From positions 18,347 through 82,346 of the forward strand of contig JALWXN010000001.1 in assembly GCA_027078545.1 (NCBI GenBank): a stretch of 64,000 nt of DNA, in the 5' to 3' direction. The DNA is from Nitrososphaeria archaeon (lineage in GTDB: Archaea; Thermoproteota; Nitrososphaeria; Geothermarchaeales; JDFR-13). Made by a program: the position numbers and the translations under genes. The notes under the pieces are model-generated. The model searched no databases, was not told the origin of the DNA, and was given only the letters and a program-made list of their open reading frames with translations. Shown piece after piece: positions 35,501 through 44,877 of the stretch; positions within the stretch are counted from its first letter, which is position 1; each line of letters starts with the position of its first letter.

Positions 35501-36211
35501 GTGCGTCTGATGCCCAGGAGACTAGTGGTTATACCCACCTATAGGGAGGCTGATAACCTGCCAAGCCTCCTAGAGGCCATATTGAGCCAGCCAATAGAGC
35601 TGGACATCTACGTCGTGGATGATGATAGTAGGGATGGGACGGAGGAGATTCTGAGGCGCTACAGGGAGGGGTATGGGGATAGGGTGGGATACGTTATAAG
35701 GAGGGATGAGAGGGGGTTCGCATCAGCCCTCTACACGGGCTATAGATATGGCTATGATACGGGCTACGACTACGTCGCCCAGATGGATGCCGATCTCCAG
35801 CACGACCCCCAATACCTCCCGAGCCTATTCGGGAAGGCGGAGGAGGGCCTCGACCTAGTAGTTGCTTCACGATACGTGGAGGGCGGCGGTATAGAGGGGT
35901 GGCCACTAACCAGGAGGATTATCAGCTGGGGTGCCAATACATATGCCCGGATAGTCCTAGGCCTCCCGATCAGGGATGTGACGAGTGGATACAGGGTCTT
36001 TAGTAGGGAGGCAATATCCACCCTCCTGGGACATAGGCCTAGGTCACGGGGCTTCATGATCCAGGTGGAGACCGCCTATATACTCCATAGGGCTGGGCAT
36101 AGGCTTGGTGAGGTTCCATTCATATTCAGGAGTAGGAGGGCGGGTAGGAGCAAGCTGGGGATTGGCATGATCCTGGAGTTCTTTATTAATGTACTCAGGC
36201 TTAGAATATAG
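35501..36211 (+). CDS. GT2 glycosyltransferase, dolichyl/polyprenyl-phosphate mannose (or glucose) synthase-like
   Basis: 236 aa. 'VVIPTYREADNLPSLL', 'VVDDDSRDGT', 'QMDADLQHDP', 'SGYRVF'. Confidence 0.85.
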   Translation: MRLMPRRLVVIPTYREADNLPSLLEAILSQPIELDIYVVDDDSRDGTEEILRRYREGYGDRVGYVIRRDERGFASALYTGYRYGYDTGYDYVAQMDADLQHDPQYLPSLFGKAEEGLDLVVASRYVEGGGIEGWPLTRRIISWGANTYARIVLGLPIRDVTSGYRVFSREAISTLLGHRPRSRGFMIQVETAYILHRAGHRLGEVPFIFRSRRAGRSKLGIGMILEFFINVLRLRI

Positions 36212-36217
36212 CTTGGA

Positions 36218-37039
36218 ATGGAGGTCTCCCTAGGATTTATCCAGCCTAGGCTTAGGTTTGGGGATCTAGACTGGAACATGAGCCGTATAGATAGGCTGGC
36301 CCAGGCACTGGACTCCCCCGACCTAATAGTCCTACCCGAGCTCACATATACCGGGTACCTCTTCCGCTCAAGGGAGGAGGCGTTGGAACTGGGCAGGAGG
36401 TTCTGGGAGACCAGTTTGGAACATCTTCTTAGGCTGAGCGATAGGCTGTCAGCCACTGTGGTGGCTGGGGTTGCCGAGCCCGGTGGTGATAGGCTCTACA
36501 ACTCGGCGGTGGTAGCGTCTAAGGGCGAGTTGCTGGGGATATATAGGAAGATACACCTCTTCAACGAGGAGAAGACCTGGTTCGATCCTGGTGATAGGCC
36601 GCCCAGCATCTTCGACGTGGGGTTCAGGCTCGGTGTTATGATATGCTTCGACTGGGCATTCCCAGAGGTTGCACGTAGCCTCGCCCTCCAGGGTGCGGAT
36701 GTGATAGCCCATCCAAGCAACCTAGTCTTCGACTATGCCTATACAGCAACCCTTGTAAGGGCTAGGGAGAACTCTGTCTATATAGTCACGGCTAATAGGG
36801 TGGGTATGGATGACCGTGGGGATAAGAGGCTCCTCTTCAAGGGGATGAGCCAGATAGCCTCGCCTGATATGGAGCCTATCTATAGGGCTAGGCCCTACAC
36901 TGAGGAGGCGTACACCGCTATAGTGGATCTTGGGAGGGCTAGGGATAAATGGATAACTAGGAGGAACCACTTATTGAGGGATCGTAGGCCGGAGCTATAC
37001 CTACTAGGCGGGGAGGAGCTGGAGAGGGAGGAGGCGTGA
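36218..37039 (+). CDS. Carbon-nitrogen hydrolase (nitrilase superfamily)
   Basis: 273 aa. Glu-Lys-Cys triad contexts 'LPELTYTGY', 'YRKIHLF', 'MICFDWAFPE'. Confidence 0.85.
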   Translation: MEVSLGFIQPRLRFGDLDWNMSRIDRLAQALDSPDLIVLPELTYTGYLFRSREEALELGRRFWETSLEHLLRLSDRLSATVVAGVAEPGGDRLYNSAVVASKGELLGIYRKIHLFNEEKTWFDPGDRPPSIFDVGFRLGVMICFDWAFPEVARSLALQGADVIAHPSNLVFDYAYTATLVRARENSVYIVTANRVGMDDRGDKRLLFKGMSQIASPDMEPIYRARPYTEEAYTAIVDLGRARDKWITRRNHLLRDRRPELYLLGGEELEREEA

Positions 37040-38316
37040 ATATAGACAGCCTCTTCGGCGGCGGCCCTGTCCTTGATGGTTTCGTGAAGCCTAGGCTCTA
37101 CAGCGAGAGTATATGTGTCAGGTGTAGGGGGAGGGATCTACTCTGTGGGAAGCCTGTATGCCCAGTCATACTGGAGTATAGGGCGTTGATGGAGAGCTAT
37201 AGGGAGCTGTATAGAGAGGATATCTATGGGGCGAGCCCACCAAGCGTGTTCATAGGTAGGATGGGGTATCCAAAGGTCTCGATGGGTGTCCTCACACCTC
37301 CCGAGACTGGTGACACCTCTATCTACGACTATCCCGAGAGGTGGCACAGCCTAGGCCTAGAGGATATTCTCCGTCTGAGGAGTAGGCTGGTCCTGGGCTG
37401 GAGGAGGGTGGATAAGCACCTCCCAAGGAGGGGTGACAGGCTATACCACGACATCCTAGACCTAGCGATAGCACGTAGGAGCCCAGAGGTGGAGATCCGG
37501 CTCGAGAAACGCCCCGTCAGGGTCATGGTTATAGACGAGGATATAACGCCCTTCGGCCCTAGGGCCCCGGTCAAGAGCCTCTCACTGGGGAGCCTGAAGA
37601 TAGACTATCGTATCGAGAAGAGGGTGGGCGATACCGATCTACCGGCTGAGGAGGGTGTTGTCGAGCTGTACCGCTCCGGTGTCGAGGTCAGTAGGATCAT
37701 CAGGGTCTTCAGCATGGGGGGCCTTGGGAGGAGGGGTAGACGTGTACTCGTACCTACTAGGTGGTCGATAACGGCTGTCGACGATATCATTGGGAGGTGG
37801 CTCTACAGGAGGGTTAGGCGCTACCCAGAGATAGATACCTACCTAGTCTATGAGAAGGACTTCCTGGAGAATAGGTATGTAGCTCTCCTAATACCTGGTC
37901 CATGGATGTACGAGTTTATGGAGGCCTGGTACCCAGGGACCTTCTGGAACCGTCTAGGGACTAGGGTGGTTGTAGAGGGATCAGCAGAGTTTGGGAGGCC
38001 TAGGAGGGAGTATGCAGATATAGGTGGCTGCTACTACGCCTCACGCCTAGCCACCCTCGAGTATCTCGACAGGATTGGTAGGCAGGCATCGGTAGTGATC
38101 TTTAGGGAGGCGTATCCAGGCTATGTCTTCCCAGTTGGCGTGTGGAGTGTACGTGAAAGTGTCCGTATGCTCTTCAGGGAGAGACCCTTGAGGTTTGAGT
38201 CTCTAGAGGAGGCCCTCAACCATGTGTTCAGTAGGCTTAGGACGCCTAGGGATATGTGGAGGAGTGAGGTCATAGACTTCTGGACTAGGCAGAGGCGTCT
38301 AGGTGATTATCTTTGA
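37036..38316 (+). CDS. Nre-family (DUF650/DUF651) putative DNA repair protein with C-terminal PIP box
   Basis: 426 aa. N-terminal Cys cluster 'CVRCRGRDLLCGKPVCPV' as in archaeal Nre proteins. The last 8 residues, 'QRRLGDYL', fit the PCNA-interacting motif Qxx(L/I/M)xx(F/Y)(F/Y/L). Confidence 0.7.
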   Translation: MNIDSLFGGGPVLDGFVKPRLYSESICVRCRGRDLLCGKPVCPVILEYRALMESYRELYREDIYGASPPSVFIGRMGYPKVSMGVLTPPETGDTSIYDYPERWHSLGLEDILRLRSRLVLGWRRVDKHLPRRGDRLYHDILDLAIARRSPEVEIRLEKRPVRVMVIDEDITPFGPRAPVKSLSLGSLKIDYRIEKRVGDTDLPAEEGVVELYRSGVEVSRIIRVFSMGGLGRRGRRVLVPTRWSITAVDDIIGRWLYRRVRRYPEIDTYLVYEKDFLENRYVALLIPGPWMYEFMEAWYPGTFWNRLGTRVVVEGSAEFGRPRREYADIGGCYYASRLATLEYLDRIGRQASVVIFREAYPGYVFPVGVWSVRESVRMLFRERPLRFESLEEALNHVFSRLRTPRDMWRSEVIDFWTRQRRLGDYL

Positions 38317-39158
38317 CCCCGGTATATAGGGAGAGGATCAGGGGTAGCTACTACCTCCATAGGACGCCCCTCCCCGAGATGGATTATAGCATAAACCCGT
38401 ACTTCGGGTGTGAGGGGGGCTGTAGATACTGCTACTCCATCCAGTACTTCAAGATACGTGGGGTGGACTATGACTGGGGAGAGTATATAGAGGCTAAGAT
38501 GTACCTCCCCCGTGAGCTGGCTAAGAAGCTGGATAGGTTCGAGAGGGGGGCGGTCATAGGGATAGGAACCTATATAGATCCCTACCAGCCACTGGAGGCC
38601 AGGACGAGGCTCACCAGGAGGGTTATCAAGGTCCTAAGGTGGAGGCGGGATCTACACCTATCGATACAGACGAGGTATCCCCTAGTCCTCAGGGATCTAG
38701 ACCTCATAGCTGCTGGCCCAGCGGATGTAGGTACTTCTGCACCGTCCTACGACAAGATGTTCTGGAGGGTTCTTGAGCCTAGGACCCCTGCCCCCTGGGC
38801 TAGGGTAGCAATGCTGGGAAGGTTCTCTGAGAGGGGTGTGGAGACATGGGTCTACTACGCCCCGGTTATGCCCCGGCTCAACGACGATCCTGCCATGTTC
38901 GAGGAGGTTGTTATCGACGCGGTTAACAGGGGGGTCGAGACTATATACACGGATATTCTACGCTTCAAGGTGGGTGTGAGGGAGCGTCTACTGAGGGCCC
39001 TGGAGGATTATAGGCCGGATCTGGTGGGGCTCTATAGGGGGCTTGGTAGGAGGGAGCTCTACCAATGGTATAGGGAGGTGGTGAGGAGGTTCTCCGAGAT
39101 TGCTGGGAGATATGGGGTGAAATATATAGATGCTGAGCCGATGATGTTCCGTACATAG
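38313..39158 (+). CDS. Radical SAM protein, SplB/'DNA repair photolyase' (COG1533)-like
   Basis: 281 aa. CxxxCxxC cluster motif 'CEGGCRYCY' near the N-terminus. The TTG start overlaps the Nre stop (TTGA). Confidence 0.75.
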   Translation: MTPVYRERIRGSYYLHRTPLPEMDYSINPYFGCEGGCRYCYSIQYFKIRGVDYDWGEYIEAKMYLPRELAKKLDRFERGAVIGIGTYIDPYQPLEARTRLTRRVIKVLRWRRDLHLSIQTRYPLVLRDLDLIAAGPADVGTSAPSYDKMFWRVLEPRTPAPWARVAMLGRFSERGVETWVYYAPVMPRLNDDPAMFEEVVIDAVNRGVETIYTDILRFKVGVRERLLRALEDYRPDLVGLYRGLGRRELYQWYREVVRRFSEIAGRYGVKYIDAEPMMFRT

Positions 39159-39218
39159 GCTGGGTATACCGACCCCCTTAAATCGCCGTATAACTACATA
39201 TCTTTTGGTAGATCTGCT

Positions 39219-40109
39219 ATGGAGTGGATGGTTCTCCAGGCCGTTATAGATATTGGTAGCCTAATACTCGCGATAGTAATCATCATATTCCTGGCGATAT
39301 TGATAAGGGCCTCGATAAGGGTGGTTAGGGAGTATGAGAGGATCGTTGTTTTCAGGCTTGGTAGGGCTATCGGTGTGAAGGGGCCTGGCCTAGTCTTCCT
39401 CATACCCTTCATCGACGTCCCTGTAAAGGTGGATCTTAGGGAGCAGTATATCGAGGTGACTAAGCAGACATGTATCACTAAGGACAACGCACCCGTCGAT
39501 ATAGACTTCCTCATATACTTCAAGGTCGTGGACCCGCTGGAGAGTGTGCTGAACGTTAGGGACTTCAAGGGTGCGGCCACCGGCGTGGCGACTACTACTC
39601 TTAGGGCTGTGATAGGAGATATCGAGCTGGACTCTGTACTGGCTAAGAGGGAGGAGATAAACAATATCCTAAGGGTGAAGCTTGACGAGGTGACCCAGAA
39701 ATGGGGTGTCAAGGTAACGCTGGTTGAGATTAGGGAGATTACTCCTCCGAGGGAGGTGCAGGACGCGATGATTAGGCAGATGAGTGCGGAGCGTAACAGG
39801 AGGGCCATGGTAACCGAGGCGGAGGGTAAGAAGGAGTCTGCGATCAAGGTGGCTGAGGGTGAGCGTCAGAGCGCTATTCTGAGGGCTGAGGGTGAGAGGC
39901 AGGCGATGATCCTGAGGGCCGAGGGATATGCACTGGCCCTAGCCAAGATATTGGAGGTGGCCCGTGAACTGGATGAGAACACGATGATCCTCCAGTACCT
40001 AGATACTCTAAAGGAGGTGGCGAGGGGAGAGTCTACAAAGATAGTACTCCCGATGGAGGTGACGAAGCTCATAGAGGATGTGAAGAAGTTTCTAGAGAAG
40101 AGGGGTTAG
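39219..40109 (+). CDS. SPFH/Band 7 stomatin-family protein
   Basis: 296 aa. N-terminal TM helix, 'VREYERIVVFRLGR', 'TKDNAPVDIDFLIYFKVVDP', and a C-terminal Ala/Glu-rich coiled coil 'EGERQSAILRAEGERQAMILRAEG'. Confidence 0.9.
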   Translation: MEWMVLQAVIDIGSLILAIVIIIFLAILIRASIRVVREYERIVVFRLGRAIGVKGPGLVFLIPFIDVPVKVDLREQYIEVTKQTCITKDNAPVDIDFLIYFKVVDPLESVLNVRDFKGAATGVATTTLRAVIGDIELDSVLAKREEINNILRVKLDEVTQKWGVKVTLVEIREITPPREVQDAMIRQMSAERNRRAMVTEAEGKKESAIKVAEGERQSAILRAEGERQAMILRAEGYALALAKILEVARELDENTMILQYLDTLKEVARGESTKIVLPMEVTKLIEDVKKFLEKRG

Positions 40110-40114
40110 CCCCT

Positions 40115-41356
40115 ATGGCTAGGGCCCCAGCCCTCCTAACCCTAGTCTTTATACTTGCATTGACAGGTGTGTGGGGCCAGCCCTCCGAGCCTATAAAGGT
40201 GATCGTGGTAGATGGGACGATAGACGGTGGGTATGGAGACCTTGTGGGTAGGCATCTATATACGTCGGACCCCGGTGAGCCGGTCATCATCTACCTGAGG
40301 ACTAATGGTGGGTATCTTAAGCCTACCCAGGACATTGTGACGGCCATACTAGAGTCGGGTGCCAATGTGACTGTCTTCGTCCCCAAGGGTGGCTTCGCCT
40401 TCTCAGCGGGGGTGTATATCTCGCTCTCGGCTGAGACGCTGGCGATGGGCCCGGGCTCGTCGATAGGCTCGGCGGAGCCTAGGGATCTATCTGGTAACGT
40501 GGATCCGAAGGTTCTGAATGCTATGGTGGCCTGGATAGAGAGTATTGCGGAGGCCCGTGGTAGGAACGTGACAGCTGCTAGGCTAATGGTGCTTGAGAAC
40601 CTTAACCTACCGGCTGAGGAGGCTGTACGCCTAGGCGTCGCCGATCTACTGGTGGGTGATCTGGCGGGGCTCCTAGACATACTTGGGCTCTCCGGCAGGC
40701 CCGTGGAGTATGTTGAGAAGGATGTCCGTAGCCACCTCCTAGCAATGTTGACAGACCCATTCATCCTAGGCATACTCCTCAACATAGCCGCCCTACTCAT
40801 CCTGATCGAGCTCTTCAACCCGACCTATATAGGCATGGTGGTGGCGGCCGCCCTCCTAGTCATGGCCTTCCTAGGCCTAGGCATCCTAGGGGCAGACTCC
40901 ACGGCGGTTATACTCATGTTGATCGGGGCCTTCGCGATTGTTATGGAGACGTGGTTCGGGGAGGGGGAGCTCGCCGTGGCTGGGGCAGTCATGACGATCC
41001 TGGGGATACTCCTCCTCTACCGGGGGGAGTACTTCATATGGACCCTAAATATGAGGCTCCTCGTGATAGGTGGGATGATACTCCTAATAGCTGGTGTTGG
41101 CTTCTTCGGCTTCTACCTCCACAAGATTAGGGAGACCCTCGCTATGAGGGAGAGCCCCCTGGAGAAGAGTAGGCTGGTTGGTATGAGGGGGGTGGCTAAG
41201 TCGGATATAGTGCCTGGTAAGCCGGGGATCGTACACGTCGCTGGTGATGACTGGACGGCTAGGTCCGACGTATACATTCCAAAGGATGCTGAGGTTGTTG
41301 TGGAGAGGGTTGATGGCCTGATCCTCTGGGTCAGGCCTGCCGAGGAGGCTGGCTGA
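40115..41356 (+). CDS. NfeD-type membrane-bound ClpP-class serine protease (stomatin operon partner)
   Basis: 413 aa. Signal/TM segment, a ClpP-like domain with 'AFSAGVYISLSA', a multi-TM middle region, and a C-terminal NfeD OB-like domain 'GIVHVAGDDWTARSD'. The gene order parallels the stomatin/STOPP protease pair known from Pyrococcus horikoshii. Confidence 0.85.
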   Translation: MARAPALLTLVFILALTGVWGQPSEPIKVIVVDGTIDGGYGDLVGRHLYTSDPGEPVIIYLRTNGGYLKPTQDIVTAILESGANVTVFVPKGGFAFSAGVYISLSAETLAMGPGSSIGSAEPRDLSGNVDPKVLNAMVAWIESIAEARGRNVTAARLMVLENLNLPAEEAVRLGVADLLVGDLAGLLDILGLSGRPVEYVEKDVRSHLLAMLTDPFILGILLNIAALLILIELFNPTYIGMVVAAALLVMAFLGLGILGADSTAVILMLIGAFAIVMETWFGEGELAVAGAVMTILGILLLYRGEYFIWTLNMRLLVIGGMILLIAGVGFFGFYLHKIRETLAMRESPLEKSRLVGMRGVAKSDIVPGKPGIVHVAGDDWTARSDVYIPKDAEVVVERVDGLILWVRPAEEAG

Positions 41357-42509
41357 GGCCTAGCCTCTCAACCAGCTGGGCTACCTCGTCCTCCGCCTCC
41401 TCGAAGTACTGTATAACTATCTGCTCATCCCCCCTTAGCCTATAGCCCTTGACCGGTGGGTTGAGGTACCAGTAGCCACCGACCTTTATCGCCAGTATAT
41501 CCACCCCGAGCTTTGTGAGGCCTAGGTCGGCCAGCTCCTTCCCGGCCAGCTCCCTAGGGATCCTCAGGAGCCTATACCTCTCATCGGTGGTCTCGAGTAT
41601 CGTCTCTATGATGGGGTGTGGCGGTATACCCATCCTTAGGCTGTAGGTCATGTCTAGCGCGGCGTCTCCAAGGTATTCACAGGAGTCTATAAACTCTATG
41701 AGGGCGAGCTTCTCCTTATCACTTATTCCGCTATCTGCTATGACGCCTGTCTTTAGATCCTTCGTCACCTGGTCTATCCCATCCTCTAGAGACTCTAGCT
41801 CCTGGGCAAGCTCCTCCGAGCCTGTGAAGAGGGCTCCATAGGCCAGGTCAACCATGAACTCGCTTAGGTTCTTCACGTAGAGTATGCCCTCCAGCTTCTC
41901 GGGATCCAGCCTCACACCTCCGCCGCCCCTCTCACCATGCATCGAGATGATCCTCCTGATAGTCTCGGCCAATCCCTTGATGTAGATGACGTCCCCCTCC
42001 CTGAGAACCACGTCCTCCCCGGGTGAGAGTATGTAGTCGTCACCCCTCCTAATGGCTACTACGTCGAATATCTCGCCTACTATGTCGTAGGCCCTCTCTA
42101 TAGACCCGTCTTTGAAGGGGCTGTCCCCCGTGATCCGGAGTGTGTAGACGAAGTTTGTCCTGCTGTTCCTCATAACATAGTCTCCCAGCTCTATCCTCAG
42201 CCTGTCATGGGTGAGCTCTGATATGTCCTTCGCCACCTCGCTTATCTTGTCTACTGCTGAGGCCATGTCGAAGACTGAGAGCATCCTCTCGGCGTCCTCC
42301 CTATCCCTGGTGGCTAGTGCCGCCTGCATTATCAATAGGCTCCTCAGATAGTCCACCCTATCGTCTAGGTGGCTTATCTCCCTGTAGAGGGAGGGGTCTC
42401 CGAAGAATAGGCTGCAGTAGGATAGGCTCATAATTAGCTGTGAAAGGTCTTTGAGCTCTCTTAGGAGCTCCGCCACTGGTTTGGGGCTGTATCCTAGCCT
42501 CCTACCCAA
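41331..42509 (-). CDS. Regulatory protein with PhoU-like helical repeats and TrkA-C (RCK_C) domains
   Basis: 392 aa with two repeats of a helical segment followed by a TrkA_C-like beta domain ('LSPGEDVVLREGDVIYIKG', 'LRGDEQIVIQYFEE'). This type of gene commonly neighbours MgtE-like permease genes in archaea. Confidence 0.65.
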   Translation of the reverse strand: MGRRLGYSPKPVAELLRELKDLSQLIMSLSYCSLFFGDPSLYREISHLDDRVDYLRSLLIMQAALATRDREDAERMLSVFDMASAVDKISEVAKDISELTHDRLRIELGDYVMRNSRTNFVYTLRITGDSPFKDGSIERAYDIVGEIFDVVAIRRGDDYILSPGEDVVLREGDVIYIKGLAETIRRIISMHGERGGGGVRLDPEKLEGILYVKNLSEFMVDLAYGALFTGSEELAQELESLEDGIDQVTKDLKTGVIADSGISDKEKLALIEFIDSCEYLGDAALDMTYSLRMGIPPHPIIETILETTDERYRLLRIPRELAGKELADLGLTKLGVDILAIKVGGYWYLNPPVKGYRLRGDEQIVIQYFEEAEDEVAQLVERLGLSQPPRQA

Positions 42510-42669
42510 CTTCTACACCCTCGCCATATGAATCTATGGCTACAATAATAATTTGGTGTCCACGGCTTATAGCAGGGCCTGGATGTCTTGGATGGCTATT
42601 GCCATGTAGATCGGGGCTTGATGGAGGGGGGCGGCGTGTCCAGTATGCCTATATGTATCGAGTTCTGGG

Positions 42670-43794
42670 GTGGCCTGCTTGGATAGGGGGGAGTTTCTCC
42701 AGGGCTTGGCATCCTTCTCCGCCTCCCTCCTCAACATCGTCTCCGGCCTCCTACTCTACATATACAGCCCCGGGCTGGACCAGGGGCTGGTCATCATCCT
42801 TCCTATGATGCTCAGCTTCCGTGGAGCCTTGACAGGGATCTTTAGCGGGGGGTATTCCTCGGGCCTCCACCTAGGTAGTATGTATCCCGGTCTCAGGCGT
42901 AACACACCAGTATTTTATGGCCACCTCATGGCGGTCATGATCGATAGCTATATAGTCGTCCTACTATCCACGGTGGCGGGCTCAGCTGCTGAGTATATAC
43001 TCACGGGGTCTACAGACCCGGCTAGGATCTTCTTGATAACGAGCTACGTCGTGATCCTTAGCATGGCTTTGACACTCCCCTTCAACGTGGTTCTTGGGGC
43101 GGTGATCTTTAGGAGGGGTTGGAACCCTGATATCATGCTCTACCCAGTGGCTAGCAACTTCTCCGACATCGTGACCAGCCTCCTACTAGTCTCTGTGACC
43201 CTGATGCCTCCGACCACTCTCTGGCTCCTCTCCAGCCTATCCCTACTGCTCTACACCCTCCTGGCTATTAGGCTGTACTCCTATTCCGATACAGGGGTTG
43301 TTAGGAGGGGTGTGGCGGAGTCCCTCCTCTCCCTCCTCATGGTGGCCCTCTCCTCTGGCTTGGGCGGGTTTATGCTTGGGGGGTTCTGGGAGGCGCTAAT
43401 GGATAGGCCATATATCTACATGGTCGTCCCAGCCATCCTAAGCCTCGTCGGGAGCTTCGCCGCCGCCCTCGCCTCGAGGGCGACCACCCTGCTACACCTA
43501 GGGGAGTATATAGGTTCCCTAGGCGTGGTCTCTAGGCTTGTCGCCCCACTATTAACATCCGCAGCGGTAGTGGCTGGGCTCAGCGTCTCACCTGTCCTTC
43601 TTGTGGCCCATCCCCTGGAGCCTCTACGCCTCCTCCTCTCATCGATCATAGCGATGACCCTGCTTGGAGTCTTCTCCCTAGTCCTGTCGATAGCTGTCTT
43701 TATGCGTGGCCTCGATCCCGACAACCTGGTTATCCCTGTGGTCACCTCACTATCCGACCTGGCGGCTATTGCCACTCTTATCCTCGTCTCCTAA
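42670..43794 (+). CDS. Divalent-cation (MgtE/SLC41-like) transporter membrane protein
   Basis: 374 aa. It has an internal duplication of a multi-TM module, each copy ending with 'NPD(I/N)..(Y/I)PV..(S/T)..D(I/L)': 'GWNPDIMLYPVASNFSDIVT' and 'GLDPDNLVIPVVTSLSDLAA', as in MgtE transmembrane domains. Confidence 0.65.
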   Translation: MACLDRGEFLQGLASFSASLLNIVSGLLLYIYSPGLDQGLVIILPMMLSFRGALTGIFSGGYSSGLHLGSMYPGLRRNTPVFYGHLMAVMIDSYIVVLLSTVAGSAAEYILTGSTDPARIFLITSYVVILSMALTLPFNVVLGAVIFRRGWNPDIMLYPVASNFSDIVTSLLLVSVTLMPPTTLWLLSSLSLLLYTLLAIRLYSYSDTGVVRRGVAESLLSLLMVALSSGLGGFMLGGFWEALMDRPYIYMVVPAILSLVGSFAAALASRATTLLHLGEYIGSLGVVSRLVAPLLTSAAVVAGLSVSPVLLVAHPLEPLRLLLSSIIAMTLLGVFSLVLSIAVFMRGLDPDNLVIPVVTSLSDLAAIATLILVS

Positions 43795-43834
43795 CCCCTC
43801 CTCAATGCTTTTAAGCCCTGTCCATATAATATAT

Positions 43835-44827
43835 ATGGAAATGTCCCAGAGCAGCGTGATAAAGATCCCGGAGAGGATTGTTAACCAGCTGTTGAAGGCC
43901 CATTATGGTGTGTATAACCACTCGACGGTGGAGGTATGCCACTGGACTAAGAAGAGTGTTAAGAATGAGGGTGTATGCTACAAGAGGGTCTTCTACGGTA
44001 TAGATAGCCATAGATGTATAGAGTTCAGCCCAGCCGGGATGATGTGTACAATGAAGTGTATATTCTGCTGGAGGCCCATGGAGTTTATGAAGAAGGTTGA
44101 TATGGGGTTTGACGAGGTCGACGACCCCATATCCATAATGGATGGGTTGATGCGGGAGAGGAGTAGGCTGATGAGTGGCTATCCCGGCATGCCGGGGGTG
44201 GACTTCAGGAAGTTGGAGGAGTCTAGGGAGCCTACGCACTATGCTATCTCGCTCTCGGGTGAGCCCACCCTCTACCCCCGCCTACCCGAGCTTATAAAGT
44301 ATCTGAAGAGCCTCCCATCAACAAGGTCTATCTACATAGTCTCCAACGGTCTCCAGCCAGACATGATTAAGAGGATGATGGATGAGGATGCACTGCCTAC
44401 ACAGCTATACATCTCGATGTCGGCCCCTAATGAGGAGGTTATGAGGAGGGTGGATAAGCCGCTCTACCCAGATGCCTGGAAGAGGTATATGAGGACGTTG
44501 GAGCTTCTGAGCGAGGCTGATACGAGGACTGTTATCAGGATGACTATGATTAAGGATGTGAATGCCCTAGACGAGTATGTCCCCGAGTATGTGGAGCTCC
44601 TAGAGATAGCTAATCCACACTTCATAGAGGTTAAGAGCTATATGCATCTGGGCTACTCGACTAAGAGGCTTAGGAAGTCGAACATGATGAGTATTGAGGA
44701 GATACGTAGATATGCGAGGAAGATTCTTAGGAAGCTCGACGGCTTCAGATACATGGATGACTATCCACCCTCGAGGATAGCCGTCCTACAGAACATGGTT
44801 AGATATGTGGATCGCTGGATACCCTGA
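43835..44827 (+). CDS. taw1: tRNA 4-demethylwyosine synthase (Taw1/TYW1), radical SAM
   Basis: 'HYGVYNHSTVEVCHWTKK' and 'CYKRVFYGIDSHRCIEFSP' (the auxiliary cluster region), plus the radical SAM motif 'CTMKCIFC'. The ATG at 43835 is preferred, since the track's upstream extension overlaps the preceding gene and an 'ATATAATATATA' element. Confidence 0.85.
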   Translation: MEMSQSSVIKIPERIVNQLLKAHYGVYNHSTVEVCHWTKKSVKNEGVCYKRVFYGIDSHRCIEFSPAGMMCTMKCIFCWRPMEFMKKVDMGFDEVDDPISIMDGLMRERSRLMSGYPGMPGVDFRKLEESREPTHYAISLSGEPTLYPRLPELIKYLKSLPSTRSIYIVSNGLQPDMIKRMMDEDALPTQLYISMSAPNEEVMRRVDKPLYPDAWKRYMRTLELLSEADTRTVIRMTMIKDVNALDEYVPEYVELLEIANPHFIEVKSYMHLGYSTKRLRKSNMMSIEEIRRYARKILRKLDGFRYMDDYPPSRIAVLQNMVRYVDRWIP

Positions 44828-44877
44828 CAAGGAAAAACTAAATATATTTCATGGGTCATGAATTATCCACGGTGTAG

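Noticed and set aside
42536-42808. 90-aa ORF upstream of and overlapping the MgtE-like gene
   Set aside because: Its composition is Gly/Pro/Trp/Ser-rich with no motifs, and it overlaps the better-supported transporter frame. The region more plausibly holds the divergent promoters for the 41331..42509(-) and 42670(+) genes.
43706-43834. N-terminal 43-codon extension of the Taw1/TYW1 ORF given by the track
   Set aside because: The extension overlaps the 3' end of the preceding transporter gene, is Ser/Pro/Leu-rich, and contains the AT-rich TATA-like element. Conserved Taw1 sequence starts after the ATG at 43835.
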